From Negaprion brevirostris (Eukaryota), in the NCBI GenBank assembly GCA_030324005.1, contig JARDVH010000140.1, positions 34,646,232 through 34,710,231 of the forward strand: a stretch of 64,000 nucleotides of DNA, in the 5' to 3' direction. A program made the translations under genes and the position numbers. How positions within the stretch are numbered: the first letter of the stretch is position 1; every line of letters begins with the position of its first letter. The notes beneath the pieces are model-generated. The model ran no database searches and was not told the origin of the DNA. It saw nothing but the letters and a program-made list of their open reading frames with translations. Positions 1-11,370 of the stretch are shown in pieces.

Positions 1-77
1 CTTATTGAATGGCGGGGCAGGCTCGAAGGGCTAGATGGCCTACTCCTGCTCCTATTTCTTATGTTTTTATGTTCTTA
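1..77 (+). mobile_element. 3' end of CR1-type LINE
   Basis: GAATGGCGGGGCAGGCTCGAAGGGCTAGATGGCCTACTCCTGCTCCTATTTCTTATG followed by TTCTTA-type tail; same terminus recurs at ~32520, ~41540 and inverted at ~35940. Confidence 0.75.
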
Positions 78-287
78 AAGTATAGGGAAACTCTTGGGTG
101 GAAATGGAAGTGGAATTGGGTGTGCCCCATTGAGATTTATTCATGTGTTTACAAAATATAGTAAGTTAATAGTCTTTGCTTTGTTTAACTTTTGTACTGT
201 AAAGATGTTTGTATACAACAGGCTTACATGATTCGCACCCTCCGGGCCACATTGTAGCCTGTTAATCTTGTTGGACATTCAGGTGAC

Positions 288-595
288 ATCATAGAATCAT
301 TACAGTGCATTTGGCACATTGAGTCTATACAGACCACAATCCAATCCAGGCACTATCCACATAACACCACTAATTTCCCCTGCTCGTTCCCCTGACGCTA
401 AGGGGCAACTTATTATGGTTAATCAACCTAACCTGCATGTCTTTGGACTTTGGGAGGTAACCAGAGCACCCGGGGGAAACGCATGCAGACACTGGGAGAA
501 CGTGCAAACTCCACACAGTCACCCAAGGCTCGAATTGAACCAGAGTTCTTGGCACGTAAAGCTGCAGTGCTAACCACTGTTCCACCATGCCGCCC
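288..595 (-). mobile_element. HE1-like V-SINE (tRNA-derived head, CR1-type tail)
   Basis: Reverse strand reads GGCGGCATGGTGGAACAGTGGTTAGCACTG (A box), GGTTCAATTC (B box), then V-domain TGTGTGGAGTTTGCACGTTCTCCC...CCTCCCAAAGTCCAAAGACATGCAGGTTAGG; many related copies in window. Confidence 0.8.
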
Positions 596-1159
596 AATAT
601 ATTTGAAAACTGCTGTAAAGCTGATCTCGCAAATCCCTGGCTGATTTCTCAATGCATTAACTGCTGAGTAGGGAATAGGTAAATCTGGCTCATTCCCAGT
701 CTCAGCATTCTCATTCACCTTCACTTTCATGCACCAGTGTGCATTCTCATCCTGAGTCGCTGGATGTTGGAATGAGTGAGCACCCTAAGACTGGGATTGA
801 GTTTCCCTATCACACTCTAGTATTCATTTCTATTTATTCCTTTTTTTTAAATTAGTTCATTATTTTGATTTTTTATTTGCTCAGCAAGTTGTTTCTTTTC
901 ATAGCTCAGTTTCCTTGAAATGCATATTTAATGTTGTGCCAAACATTTTCCAAAATTTGCAATTTCCCTCCTTGATGGAGGGAAAATTAGAAATGTGAAA
1001 ACCTGGACAAGCCTGTTTCCAATGTGAAATCTTGTGGGGTAATGCTTTTACTTCATAACCAGGAGTTTGAATTTCTTTAAAGTTACTAGTCTCTACCAAG
1101 TTCATCATAATATCAGGTGATATTGGTTGGAGAAGACAGTTAAGTGTCTTATTTGAAGA

Positions 1160-1650
1160 GGGCATTGATAGTCCTATATTGAAAAGGAGGTGCACATTAT
1201 CAGGAGAAGAAACCATTTCCTGGCGTGAGAATCAGGAAGGGAAGTTTTGGTGGCCAGCAGCGCTGTGGCAGTGGGATCAGAGGACCAGTCTTGTGAAAAA
1301 GAGTGCTTGGGGAAGGGAGGTTGAAGAAGATGGGAGAGAAACTAGGATGCTCCGGTGGGCGACGAAGAGCCTGGATGAGATTTGCCTCCTTGAGAAGGCA
1401 GGAGCAGCAGACTGGATTCCATCTTCATAACAAAGAAGCCCATCAGCTCGTTATTGTTTAACGGTGAGTGCAGAGGAGTGGGTTTGGAAGAAAGAGTTGA
1501 GAGTAGAGCAAAGTGTGATCCCAGGGAAGCCTTGCAGACGGGAGTGAGACTCCAGAGCTCTTGATGTGTTTCAGTCATATCTGTTGATAGGTGACTAAAC
1601 CAGTTCGGTATCAGCTGTACTTGAGGTTGCAGACCTTTTAACTTTAAGCA
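1160..1650 (-). mobile_element. Decayed L2-type LINE ORF2 fragment
   Basis: Minus-strand translation ..FALLSTLSSKPTPLHSPLNNNELMGFFVMKMES.. resembles the L2 ORF2 linker motif (LFST..ELM.FF..KIE); interrupted by stops. Confidence 0.5.
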
Positions 1651-1895
1651 GAGGTGAGGGTCACACAAAGGGCAATAACCAAGTTCAAACAGAGTAAAAG
1701 TTATTACATTTTTGTCTTTCAAAACTATCCCAGAAAAAGAGGGCATTAAAGATGTCTTGTAAATTTGTAATATACACCATTTCAAGCACTTTTAGTTGTG
1801 ACTAAGCTGGTGACTTGTATCTGCAGTGTAATGTATAAAATTTGTACTCATGTTGGCCCTTGCTAAGTATTAATAAATTTTTGCATTTGTTTCAG

Positions 1896-3817
1896 TACAT
1901 GATTCATAATCCTGTTGTGAATTTGGGAAAAAGGAAAAGTACAGTCTCACCAGAGGGTAAGCACTCAAAAAAAGCAAAAGGCGATGGAGACCCAAGCAAA
2001 GAGAAAAATAAAAAACAAAAATATGGAAGCAAAGAGAAGATCCCACCTTTGAGCCCAACATTATGGGGTCATGTGCATGTGAAAAAGGCCATGAATGGGA
2101 CTGGAATGGCATTTGGTTCCAAAAGGTCTCCAGAACAAGAATTGGAGGAAGTAATGAAGATTGTAACACCAACCAAACTCAATACCAACTTTCACATTCC
2201 CAAAAAGGGCTCCAACGCTGCTCGGAACCTAAAAAAGTTGCAAAGTAAGGATAAAAGTAATAAAAAAGAGAAATCCAAGAACAAAACTAAGTTGCTCAAT
2301 GGACAGAAGTCTTCAGGGAGCAACAAATCTCCCAAAAAAAATCTGAAAACTCCAAAGATGAAGATGAAACAAATGACGCTGTTTGAGATGGCAAAATCAA
2401 GCTCATCCAAGACAGGAAAGACTCCGAAGGGTGTTGGAGGAGCTTCGAGATCTGTTACCAAACCTCAGAAATACTTGCCACCTTTGGCTTTACAATTCCT
2501 TCGATATTACAAAGACAACAAGGGGAAGGAGGAGAAAAAGGGCGCAGTATCTGCGTTCATCACTCGGGTGGCCAAAGTGCTTTCCGCTGAAGAACGTGCT
2601 CGCCTACCAGAGGAGGTTGGTGATCTTGTGCAGAAACGTTATGAGATACTGGAGCACAAGAAGAAATGGGCTTTGATGACAATGGAAGAAAGAGCAGATT
2701 ATCTCAAGAAGAAGCGCGAAGAGCTAAAGGAGAAACTAAAGGAAAAGGCCAAAGAGCGGCGAGAAAAGGAGATGCAATTAAAATTGGAAAAACAGAAGAG
2801 ATTTGAAGATCAAACTCTTACAGGAAAGAGTTTGCCTGCACTAAAACTGGTTGATACACCTGAAGGGCTCCCCAATACGCTTTTTGGTGATGTTGCTATG
2901 GTGGTTGAATTTCTCAGCTGTTACGCTGGCTTGCTAATGCCAGATGACCAGTACCCAATCACAGCAGTCTCCTTGATGGAAGCATTGACTTCTGAAAAGG
3001 GGGGTTTCCTCTATTTGAACAGAGTTCTGTTGATCCTCCTCCAAACTTTGCTCCAAGATGAAATTGCAGAAGACTATCGAGAACTGGGGATGAAGCTCTC
3101 TGAAATTCCTCTCACCTTGCACTCTGCATCAGAGCTGGTTCGGCTCTGCATGCGAAAATCAGACATGCAGAATGAAAGCGAGACATCAGAAACTAATGAT
3201 GACAGCAAGGATTCTGTGGGGTTTGAAGACAACGAGGTTGCAGATGAATTCCTGGATAAGCTGGAAACTGCTGAGTTTTTTGAACTAACTCCAGAAGAGA
3301 AAGTGAAGATTCTATCAGCACTCTGCCATCGGATTCTGATGACCTATTCAGTTCAGGATCACATGGAGGACTCGCAGCATAAATCTGCAGAGCTGTGGAA
3401 AGAGAGGCTAGCTATGCAAAAGGAGGAGAATGACCGGAAAAAGGCAGAAAAATTGAAGAAAAAAGAAATGGAGGCAAAAAAGAAAGAACCAGAAAGCAAC
3501 AAAATTGGCGAAAAGAAAAAGTTGGAGAAGAAGAAGGAATTTGATAAAAAGCTAGAAGTGGACAAAGGTGTAAGTGACTTACTAACTGATGTCAATGGCA
3601 GTGAAGATCTCATCAGTGCAATTAAAAGCAGACGATTGATGGCATTGCAGGCAAAAAAGGAGAAAGAAGAGCGGGAAAAGCTGGAAAAAGAAAGGGTGGT
3701 GGTAGAGAAGATACGCAAGCACAAAGCAGCAGCTGAGAAGGCTTTCCAGGAGGGAATTGCAAAAGCCAAACTTGTCCTACATCGATCACCGTTGGGCACA
3801 GACCGCAACCACAACAG
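1896..3817 (+). CDS. BAZ1B: BAZ1B/WSTF large internal exon (end of N-motif, coiled coil, DDT, WHIM1, start of WSD)
   Basis: Acceptor tttgtttcag|TACATG; donor AACAG|gtatct; open frame YMIHNP...LFGDVAMVVEFLSCYAGLL (DDT)...KAFQEGIAKAKL...GTDRNHNR closely matching vertebrate BAZ1B; phase 0 to phase 2. Confidence 0.96.
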
Positions 3818-4804
3818 GTATCTGGTTTCTCTTTCAAATAAATAATAGTGTTTTGCCTCTTCTGTTTGGCTTCTGTCAGGATGGTACCCAATCTTTTGAC
3901 GAGGTAGTTGGGTCTTTGGGGTCTCTGGAAATGTCACTTCAGCTGTAAGGAGGGACGCTGTAAAGCCTTTTCCTGTTCACCATGATTCTGAACTTTTGAA
4001 CAGTTAGTGAGCAATCATGAGCGCAAGTTCGTAATCGTGCTATATGCTTCAGTATACTCAGCAAAATGTTAACACTGAGCATAGAGCGAACAGATGGGCA
4101 ATGAAGCATCTGGCCTATAGCATGACAGTAAGCTTGATTCTTTAGCCTCAAGCATCTTTGCAGTGAGCATCCTGCCCAAACCTGGCAGGATGCTGTACTT
4201 GGCCAATGGGTGGGAGCACAAATCCAAGTGGCAGAAGGAAAATTGAAGGGGCAGTCCCTGGTCGTTAAGTTGATGGTGGGTTAGAGAGGATTCTGGCACA
4301 GAAGAGCAGCATGCCTGAAAATAGAAATAAAAATGATTGTATTTTCCCTGCTCCTGGGTCCACTTGCTGCCATATTGGCCTGAGATAAGTCATCACACCT
4401 TCACTGAGCAAATCTGTGGTTAAAAAAATTAGTCAGACCCTGATGGCTTTTCAGAATCTTCAGCTCTTGATAAAACAGGAGGGCTTGTTAAAGTTGTTTT
4501 GCACATTGGGAACTGGATCACACGTGCAAAGTGGGTAGGTTTTAGATTTTCCATTAACTGGGTGAAGTTGAAGGATAAAGGAATATTTTGCTTTCATTTT
4601 TTGATTATACAGCTACATTACATTGTGCAGTGGTTTGTAAGATATGGCTTGATGTTCTGTGCTCTTTCTTTTAAAAAAAAAGCCATTGCTAATTATTTCA
4701 GGCTGATGTTTTTAATAATGGAAACTGTTGGAACGAAATGTTGGATGCGGACTCTTGTTATGGTTTGTCTTAATCTGAACAGGCTTGTAATTTCTGTCTT
4801 GCAG

Positions 4805-4926
4805 GTTTTGGCTGTTTTCTGATCTGGTACCTGGCCTGTATGTAGAGAAAGGTTGGGTGCACGACAGCATTGATTACAGCTTTATTCCTCCTGAAGACTA
4901 CCGAGAAGACGATCAGGACTCTAAAA
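4805..4926 (+). CDS. BAZ1B: BAZ1B exon (WSD domain)
   Basis: ttgcag|G TTT TGG...AAA A|gtaaga; (R)FWLFSDLVPGLYVEKGWVHDSIDYSF; phase 2 to 1. Confidence 0.95.
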
Positions 4927-5932
4927 GTAAGACTACAATTCTTATCAACTCTCACGTGAAATAAGCTACCATTCAGCAGGCATAGAAATTGAGAAAATCA
5001 GTGCCAAAGGATAAATTCCTGTAGCCTGTTTCCAACATTACAACAGTGACTACATTCCAAAAAAATCTTCACTGGCTATAAAGCACTTTGAGGTCTCAGG
5101 TGTCATGAAAAACACTAGATAAATGCAAATCTTTCTTTATGGTAGTCAGGAATTGCCTGCCTTAAAGTGACTAAGAATATCAGTTATTCCCATGATCTAA
5201 TTATTATACACTGTGACACAAAAGTCTCGGATGTTCTTACTAAAATTAGCTTCAGCAGCCAAATGAAAGGGGAGTTGTAAATATGGGCACTGGCTGAGNN
5301 NNNNNNNNNNNNNNNNNNNNNNNNNNNNNNNNNNNNNNNNNNNNNNNNNNNNNNNNNNNNNNNNNNNNNNNNNNNNNNNNNNNNNNNNNNNNNNNNNNGA
5401 GCAGAGAATTATGCTTTTGCTCTTCACCTGGGGGCCAGTTTCACTGGCTTGGTACTGCTACAACATTTATTTCCATTAGAGTCTGCCTTGAATTCCACAT
5501 GACTGCCGAAAATAGGTGAATTTTGGTCACTCTCCACCTTATAATTTGTTTTCTTAGTTTCAATGACTTAGAATTAAGGGTTTAAAATAATTTAAAGATT
5601 GATTATACTGTGTTTGTGCATCTGTGTGCGTGCGGATTGAAAACATTCCAGAAGACAGATGCAAGGGGTTTGACTGTAGGAGCTAAGTTCAAATTCAGCG
5701 CATACTGTTGGAATGAAATTCTGCTGTCATTTATGCAGTGTCAACCTAACTCCTGGTACTGATTGGTTAACCTGTGCAGAGAGGCCAAGTGATGACTGAG
5801 GTGTGAAATGGAAATGTAGATGTGATTGAGAGAATACTGATATTTTTGGACTTGGTTTATCTTGATAAGAACTGATTCTGTTAGGTAAATGTTAATTACA
5901 TGAAACTTAATGAAGATGTTTCTACCTTTTAG

Positions 5933-6050
5933 GTAATGATGATGACAGCATTGCTGAAAGCAGCTTAAATGACAGTGGCCACCAGGGGTCTTCCCATACT
6001 GCAGAAATTTGCATTGAAACCACTGTACCTAAACAAGGGCAGAATCTATG
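5933..6050 (+). CDS. BAZ1B: BAZ1B exon
   Basis: ccttttag|GT AAT...CTA TG|gtatgt; ...IETTVPKQGQNLW; phase 1 to 2. Confidence 0.94.
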
Positions 6051-6991
6051 GTATGTTCAGCTTTCACATCTCACTGTATTCACCTTTAACTGCTTAGATG
6101 CTCAACCGTGTTGGCCTTTGTGATTATGAACAGTTTGTGAAACTGCTCAGAATCTGGTCACTTTTTAAATGTCTATTTTTTTCTGCAATGCTCAAGTGAG
6201 CGGGAGTGCGCTGGATCTCTGAACATTTCTCGGGCAGTTGGCCTGGATAATAACCAGCTTCAATGTGCCACTTTTCTGAGGTCAAGTGCTTACCATCTCA
6301 ACTCCTATATGAGCTGGATTCCTAAGTCACAATCTTATGAGTGAAAGAAATTTCTGCCAAACAAAAAAGCCTTGAGACTTTTTTTTCTCCGCTAAACTTG
6401 AACCAATTTCAGAACCGGTTCTGGAGTCTTAAGCTTGGAGTTTCAGCATTCCCTTTTGGAGAAACTGTCTTAAGACATGCTTGTGCCGAGAAAAGCTAAG
6501 GATACTTTTAGACCTTTTGAACCAGAAGTGGAGTGTTTTTCTGTAAAGAATAAAGGATGTCCATGATACCATTTCAAACAAATTTAGCCCCACTTTTGAG
6601 TTTAGAATGCCTCCATTGTTGTTTTATAATGTTTTGTATGCATAACACCCTAAACATTGTTTCAGAGTTGAAATATATATGCATGCAATATGTCAACACT
6701 GACCATGTATCTTCCTTGCGTCTTCCCCAATTCTTTGTCTTGATCTTGCCCTTTTATGGAACAGTACTGCCAACTGCCACGGTATTATTCTGCTTGAGGT
6801 AGCTCTCTAACTCAAATCCTTTATTTTGCTGTATTATTCAAACTAACGTTTTATGGTTTTTACAGTCACAGCATTATTTGAGGGGTTTGAGCATTTCAGT
6901 ATTTTCTGTTCCGTTATTTGCTCATCATTTCTAATTTGTAATGCTTTCTTCTTCCCCAAAAATAATAGTTGATATTGGTTTCTATCCACAG

Positions 6992-7090
6992 GTTTATTTG
7001 TGACACCCAAAAAGAGCTCGAAGAGCTCATGAACTGTCTTCATCCACAAGGTGTCCGAGAGAGTGCACTTAAAGAGCGCCTTCAGAAAAA
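6992..7090 (+). CDS. BAZ1B: BAZ1B exon (WHIM3/WSD)
   Basis: tccacag|G TTT...AAA AA|gtaagt; FICDTQKELEELMNCLHPQGVRESALKERLQK; 99 nt; phase 2 to 2. Confidence 0.96.
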
Positions 7091-8312
7091 GTAAGTCTTC
7101 AGTGTTCACACACCTGGTTAATTAAGGGATAGGCATAATTCCCTCATTAGGCCACAATCGAACTGTGCATACATTTATGTACTTTCTTCAAATTGACATT
7201 GGTGACTTATCTAGCTGAAATTATAAACTATACCACTTATTGCTGCGTTTCTTTTAATGTAATGTACAGAGGAAATGTAAAACCTAAATTGAAATAATGA
7301 AATCTTTTTAATGGAGATACTACTAGCATCACTGTTCTCCTTGGAATCTCTTGCATTCCTGACTGTAGTTATTGAAAGTCTTCTATTGAAGACACACTAC
7401 TAATACTAGCTTATGGTTCAATGATGTCAAGCAGCTTTGAATATCCCACCTATGTAGCTGTTCTTCATTTGATAGCAGCAGTCTGTTTGACCAAGGAAAG
7501 ACATTCATACCAGCTGGGTGCATTCCTCCTTTGTCCATTTGCAGTTTGTGCTGGTTCTGAGTGGGTGGGGAGGGAAATTGTAGTTCATTTTTGCACCCAG
7601 ATTTCTTTTGGTTTGGAGCAGTTACGGTCAATTTTACTACTCTGGCTGATATTGGGTAATTGGACACAGATCTGGAATCACATATGGGGCCTTCCTGTTC
7701 AATATATTACATGCTCTTTACCAAACGAATGTGGGGGTGGGGAGGGTGCAGTTGGCTCGTACCATTAACTAGCAAGTTTAAGCTTAAACTACTGTGGTAT
7801 TGCATTACTGTAACTACTGAATACAGGGCTATCATTAAATACATACCTTCAGTGGATTTACAGTGTTTTGTCTATGTAAAGTATGTGCTACTGTTTGTTC
7901 TCAAGAGATCTTGTTTCCGTAATCAGCCACTTCAGGCTTTTATTGAAAAGCTTGAGTAAGATCAGTATTTAAAGAAAAGCTTGACCTTGATGTAATGTTA
8001 ATGAAAAATATTCTCGCGCCATGCAAGGTAACTCAATATTTCAGCTGTGTAATCTTAGTGACCAGCATCTTTAAAGATGCAGTGTTAGATATAGTACACA
8101 GTTTATTATAAAATTTCTCCACTGCCATTGTTTGTTATAAGGTCCAATTATATTTTATTCCTTCTCTTCACGGGATTGGGCTGGGCCTTCAACCACCATA
8201 CTCAGTTTTTGACATGTTGACCCTGGTTTAAACAGTTGAATTCAGTAGGGTTTAGTTTGTGGGGAGGTCAATAACATATTTTAGTTTTCCACACCAATTA
8301 TTTAACACATTT

Positions 8313-11300
8313 GGGGCGGCTGTGGCATAGTGTTATTGTCACTGGATTTGTAATCAGAGACCCAGAGTAATGCTATGGATTCAAATCCCACCATGACAGG
8401 TGGTAAAATTTGAATTCAATAAAATTTGGAACTAAAAGTTTAATGATGATCGTGGAACCATTTTAGTTTGATGTAAAATTCCATCTGATTCACTACTCTC
8501 CTCCAGAGAAGGAAATCTGTCATTCTTACCTGGTCTGGCCTCCAGGTGTGACTCCAGATCCACAATAATGTGATTGACTCTCAAATGGCCTAACAAGCTA
8601 NNNNNNNNNNNNNNNNNNNNNNNNNNNNNNNNNNNNNNNNNNNNNNNNNNNNNNNNNNNNNNNNNNNNNNNNNNNNNNNNNNNNNNNNNNNNNNNNNNNN
8701 TGACTCCAGATCCACAATAATGTGATTGACTCTCAAATGGCCTAACAAGCTACTCGGTTGTATCAAGCCTAAAAGGAACGAAGCTGGATGAACTATGTGC
8801 CATTAACTTCGGCACTGGAAATAATACAAACTCAGCCTGATCGACTTTGCAGATCTCTCCTTACTGACATCTGGGTGCTTGTACCAAAATTTGGAGAACT
8901 GTCCAACAGACCAGTCAAGCAACAGCCTGATGCAGTCATATTCACGGAATCATATCTTATTTACAGTGCCCCAGACATCACCATCTCTGTCCCACTGGTA
9001 GGACTGACCAAGCAATGGTGTACAGGCAAGAGGAAGTTGTCCTGGGAGTCCTCAACGTCAGCTCTGCACCTCATGGAGTGTCATGCGTTCTCTCTCTCTC
9101 TCTCTCCTCTCTCTCCCCCCACCCCCCCTTGATGAATTAGTACTCCTCCATGTTGAACACTATGTGAACAAAGCACTGAGGGTGGCAAATGCGCATAGTG
9201 CACTCTGGGTCAGGTACTTCAATGTCGATCACCAAGACTGGGCCAGTAGTACAACTAAGACTGAGCCCTAAGGGACATAGCGGTGAGACTAGATCTACAG
9301 CAGATGGTGAGGGAACCAACTAGAAAGAACTGCTGTACAATTCTTGTAGAGAGAGAGTCCCATTGAGGATACCCTCATGTGACACTACCACTGCCAAAAT
9401 TGGATAGATTTCAAACAGATTTTGCAACACTAGACTGGGCAACCATGAGACTTTGGGCTATCAGCAGTAGTAGAATTGTACTCAACCATAATCTGTAACC
9501 TCATGACCTGGTATATCCTGCACTTTACTATTGTCACTAAGATCAACCCAGGTTCAGTGAAGAATGGAGGACATGCCAGGAACAGCACCAGACGTACCTA
9601 AAAATGAGGTGTCAACCTGGTGAAGCTACAACACAGGGACTACATGTGTGCAAAACAGCTTAAGCAGCAAGTGATAAAGCCAGGTGATTTCCCAACCAGT
9701 GGATCAGATCTAAGCTCTGCAGTTCTGCTGCATCCAATTGTTAATAGAGGTAAATAATTAACTCACCAGAGAAGGACTCCATAAATATCCCCATCCTCAA
9801 TGGTGGGGAAGCCAAGCACTTCAGTGTAAAAGATGAGGCTGAAATATTTACAACAATCTTCAGCCAGAAATGTTGAGTGAATGATTTACCTCTGCCTCAC
9901 TGGATAACGCAAAGGCTATGGGGAGCCTGACAATATTCCAGCAATACTACTTCTGTTCAAGAACTTGCTGCACCCCTAGCCAAGCTCTTCCAGTATATCT
10001 ACAACACTGGCATCGACCTGACAATGCAGAAAATTACCTAGATATGTTCTGATTGAACAAAACTAGACAAATGCAACCTGGCAAATTATTGTCCCATCAA
10101 TCTGCACTTGATCATCATTAAAGTGATGGAAAGTGTCATCAACAGTGTTCTCAGGTGGCATTTACTGAGCACTAACCTGCTCAGTTTGGATTCTGCTAGG
10201 CCCACTCAGCTCCTGGCCTCATTACAGTCTTCTTTCAAACATGGACAGAACAGTTGAACTCCAGAGGTGAGGAGAGAGCAACTGGCCTTGACATCGAGGC
10301 AATATTTGACCAGGTACGGTATCAAGGAACCCTCGCAAAACTGGAGTCCATGGGAATCAGGGAGAAAAATTTCCGCTGGTCATACCTGGCACATAGGAGA
10401 ATGGTTGTGGTTGTTGGAGGCTGATCATCTTAGTTCTAGGGCATCACTGTGGGCATACCTCACGGAAGTGTCATAGGCCCAGTCATCTTCAGCTGCTACA
10501 TCCATGAAATTTCTTCCATCATAAGGTCAGAAGTGAGGATGTTCACTGTTGACAGCTCAATGTTCAGTATCATTCGCAACTGAAGTGCTTGGCTCCCCCA
10601 TTATTGAGGATGGGGATATTTACGGAGCTTCCTCCTCCAGTGAGTTATTTAATTATCTATCTCTATTAACAATTGGATGCAGCAGAACTTAAATCTGATC
10701 CATCGGTTGGGAAATCACCTGGCTTTATCACTTGGCGCTTAAGCTGTTTTGCGCACACGTAGTCCTGTGTTGTAGCTTCACCAGTTGACACCTCATTTTT
10801 AGGTGTGTCTGTTGCTGTTCCTGGCATGTACTCCTCCATTCTTCACTGAACCAAGGTTGATCTTGGTGACAATAGTAAGCTGTAGGATATGCCAGGCCGT
10901 GAGGATTGTGGTCGAATACAATTCTACTACTGCTGATAGCCCACAGCGTCTCATGGTCGCCCAGTCTAGTATTGCAAAATCTGTTTGAAGTCTATCCAAT
11001 TTAGTGCAGGTACTGAAGCAGTCCATGTCCAAATGCAGCAAGTCCTGGATAATATCCAGCTGACAGGTAACATGTATGCAACACAAGTACCAGGCAATGA
11101 CTACCTTTTACAAAAGTGAATCCAACCATCGCCCTATGAAATTCATTGCATTAACATTGCTGAATCTCCCACCAACATTTGGGGAAATTGAACTGGACCA
11201 GCCACAAGTATATTGGCTACAAGAAAAGATCAGAGGCTAGGAATTCTGCAGTGAGTAACTTGCCTCTTGACTCCCTAAAGTCTGTCCACCATCCATATGG

Positions 11301-11370
11301 CACAAGTCAGGAATGTAATAGGATGTTCTCCACTTGCCTGGGTGAGTGCAGTTTCAACAACACTCCAACA
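8313..11370 (+). mobile_element. Decayed non-LTR retrotransposon (CR1-group-like; APE endonuclease + RT) with tRNA-like 5' head, 3'-truncated
   Basis: A box TGGCATAGTGT (8323) and B-box-like GGATTCAAATCC (8377); endonuclease-like ..LLTDIWVLVPKFGELSNRPVKQQPDAVIFTESYL..; RT-like ..DNIPAIL..ELAAPLAKLFQY..ANYCPI..KVMESVIN..; many frameshifts. Confidence 0.8.
10579..11010 (-). repeat. Inverted duplication of 9397-9825 inserted within the same LINE
   Basis: Reverse complement aligns by eye along its whole length to 9397-9825 (e.g. GCCAAGCACTTCAGT, CAACCTGGTGAAGCTACAACACAGG, AAATTGGATAGA). Confidence 0.9.

Noticed and set aside
1842-1895. 5' extension of the 667-aa ORF (MYSCWPLLS...) as the protein start
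   Set aside because: This is intronic sequence upstream of the acceptor at 1895; the true BAZ1B N-terminus (WAC domain) lies outside the window.
3359-3937. 192-aa minus-strand ORF
   Set aside because: Antisense shadow of the Lys/Glu-rich BAZ1B exon.
5670-5800. Resemblance to LF-SINE (GCAGAGAGGCCAAG and a B-box-like GTTCAAATTC)
   Set aside because: The match is too short to support by eye; it needs nhmmer.
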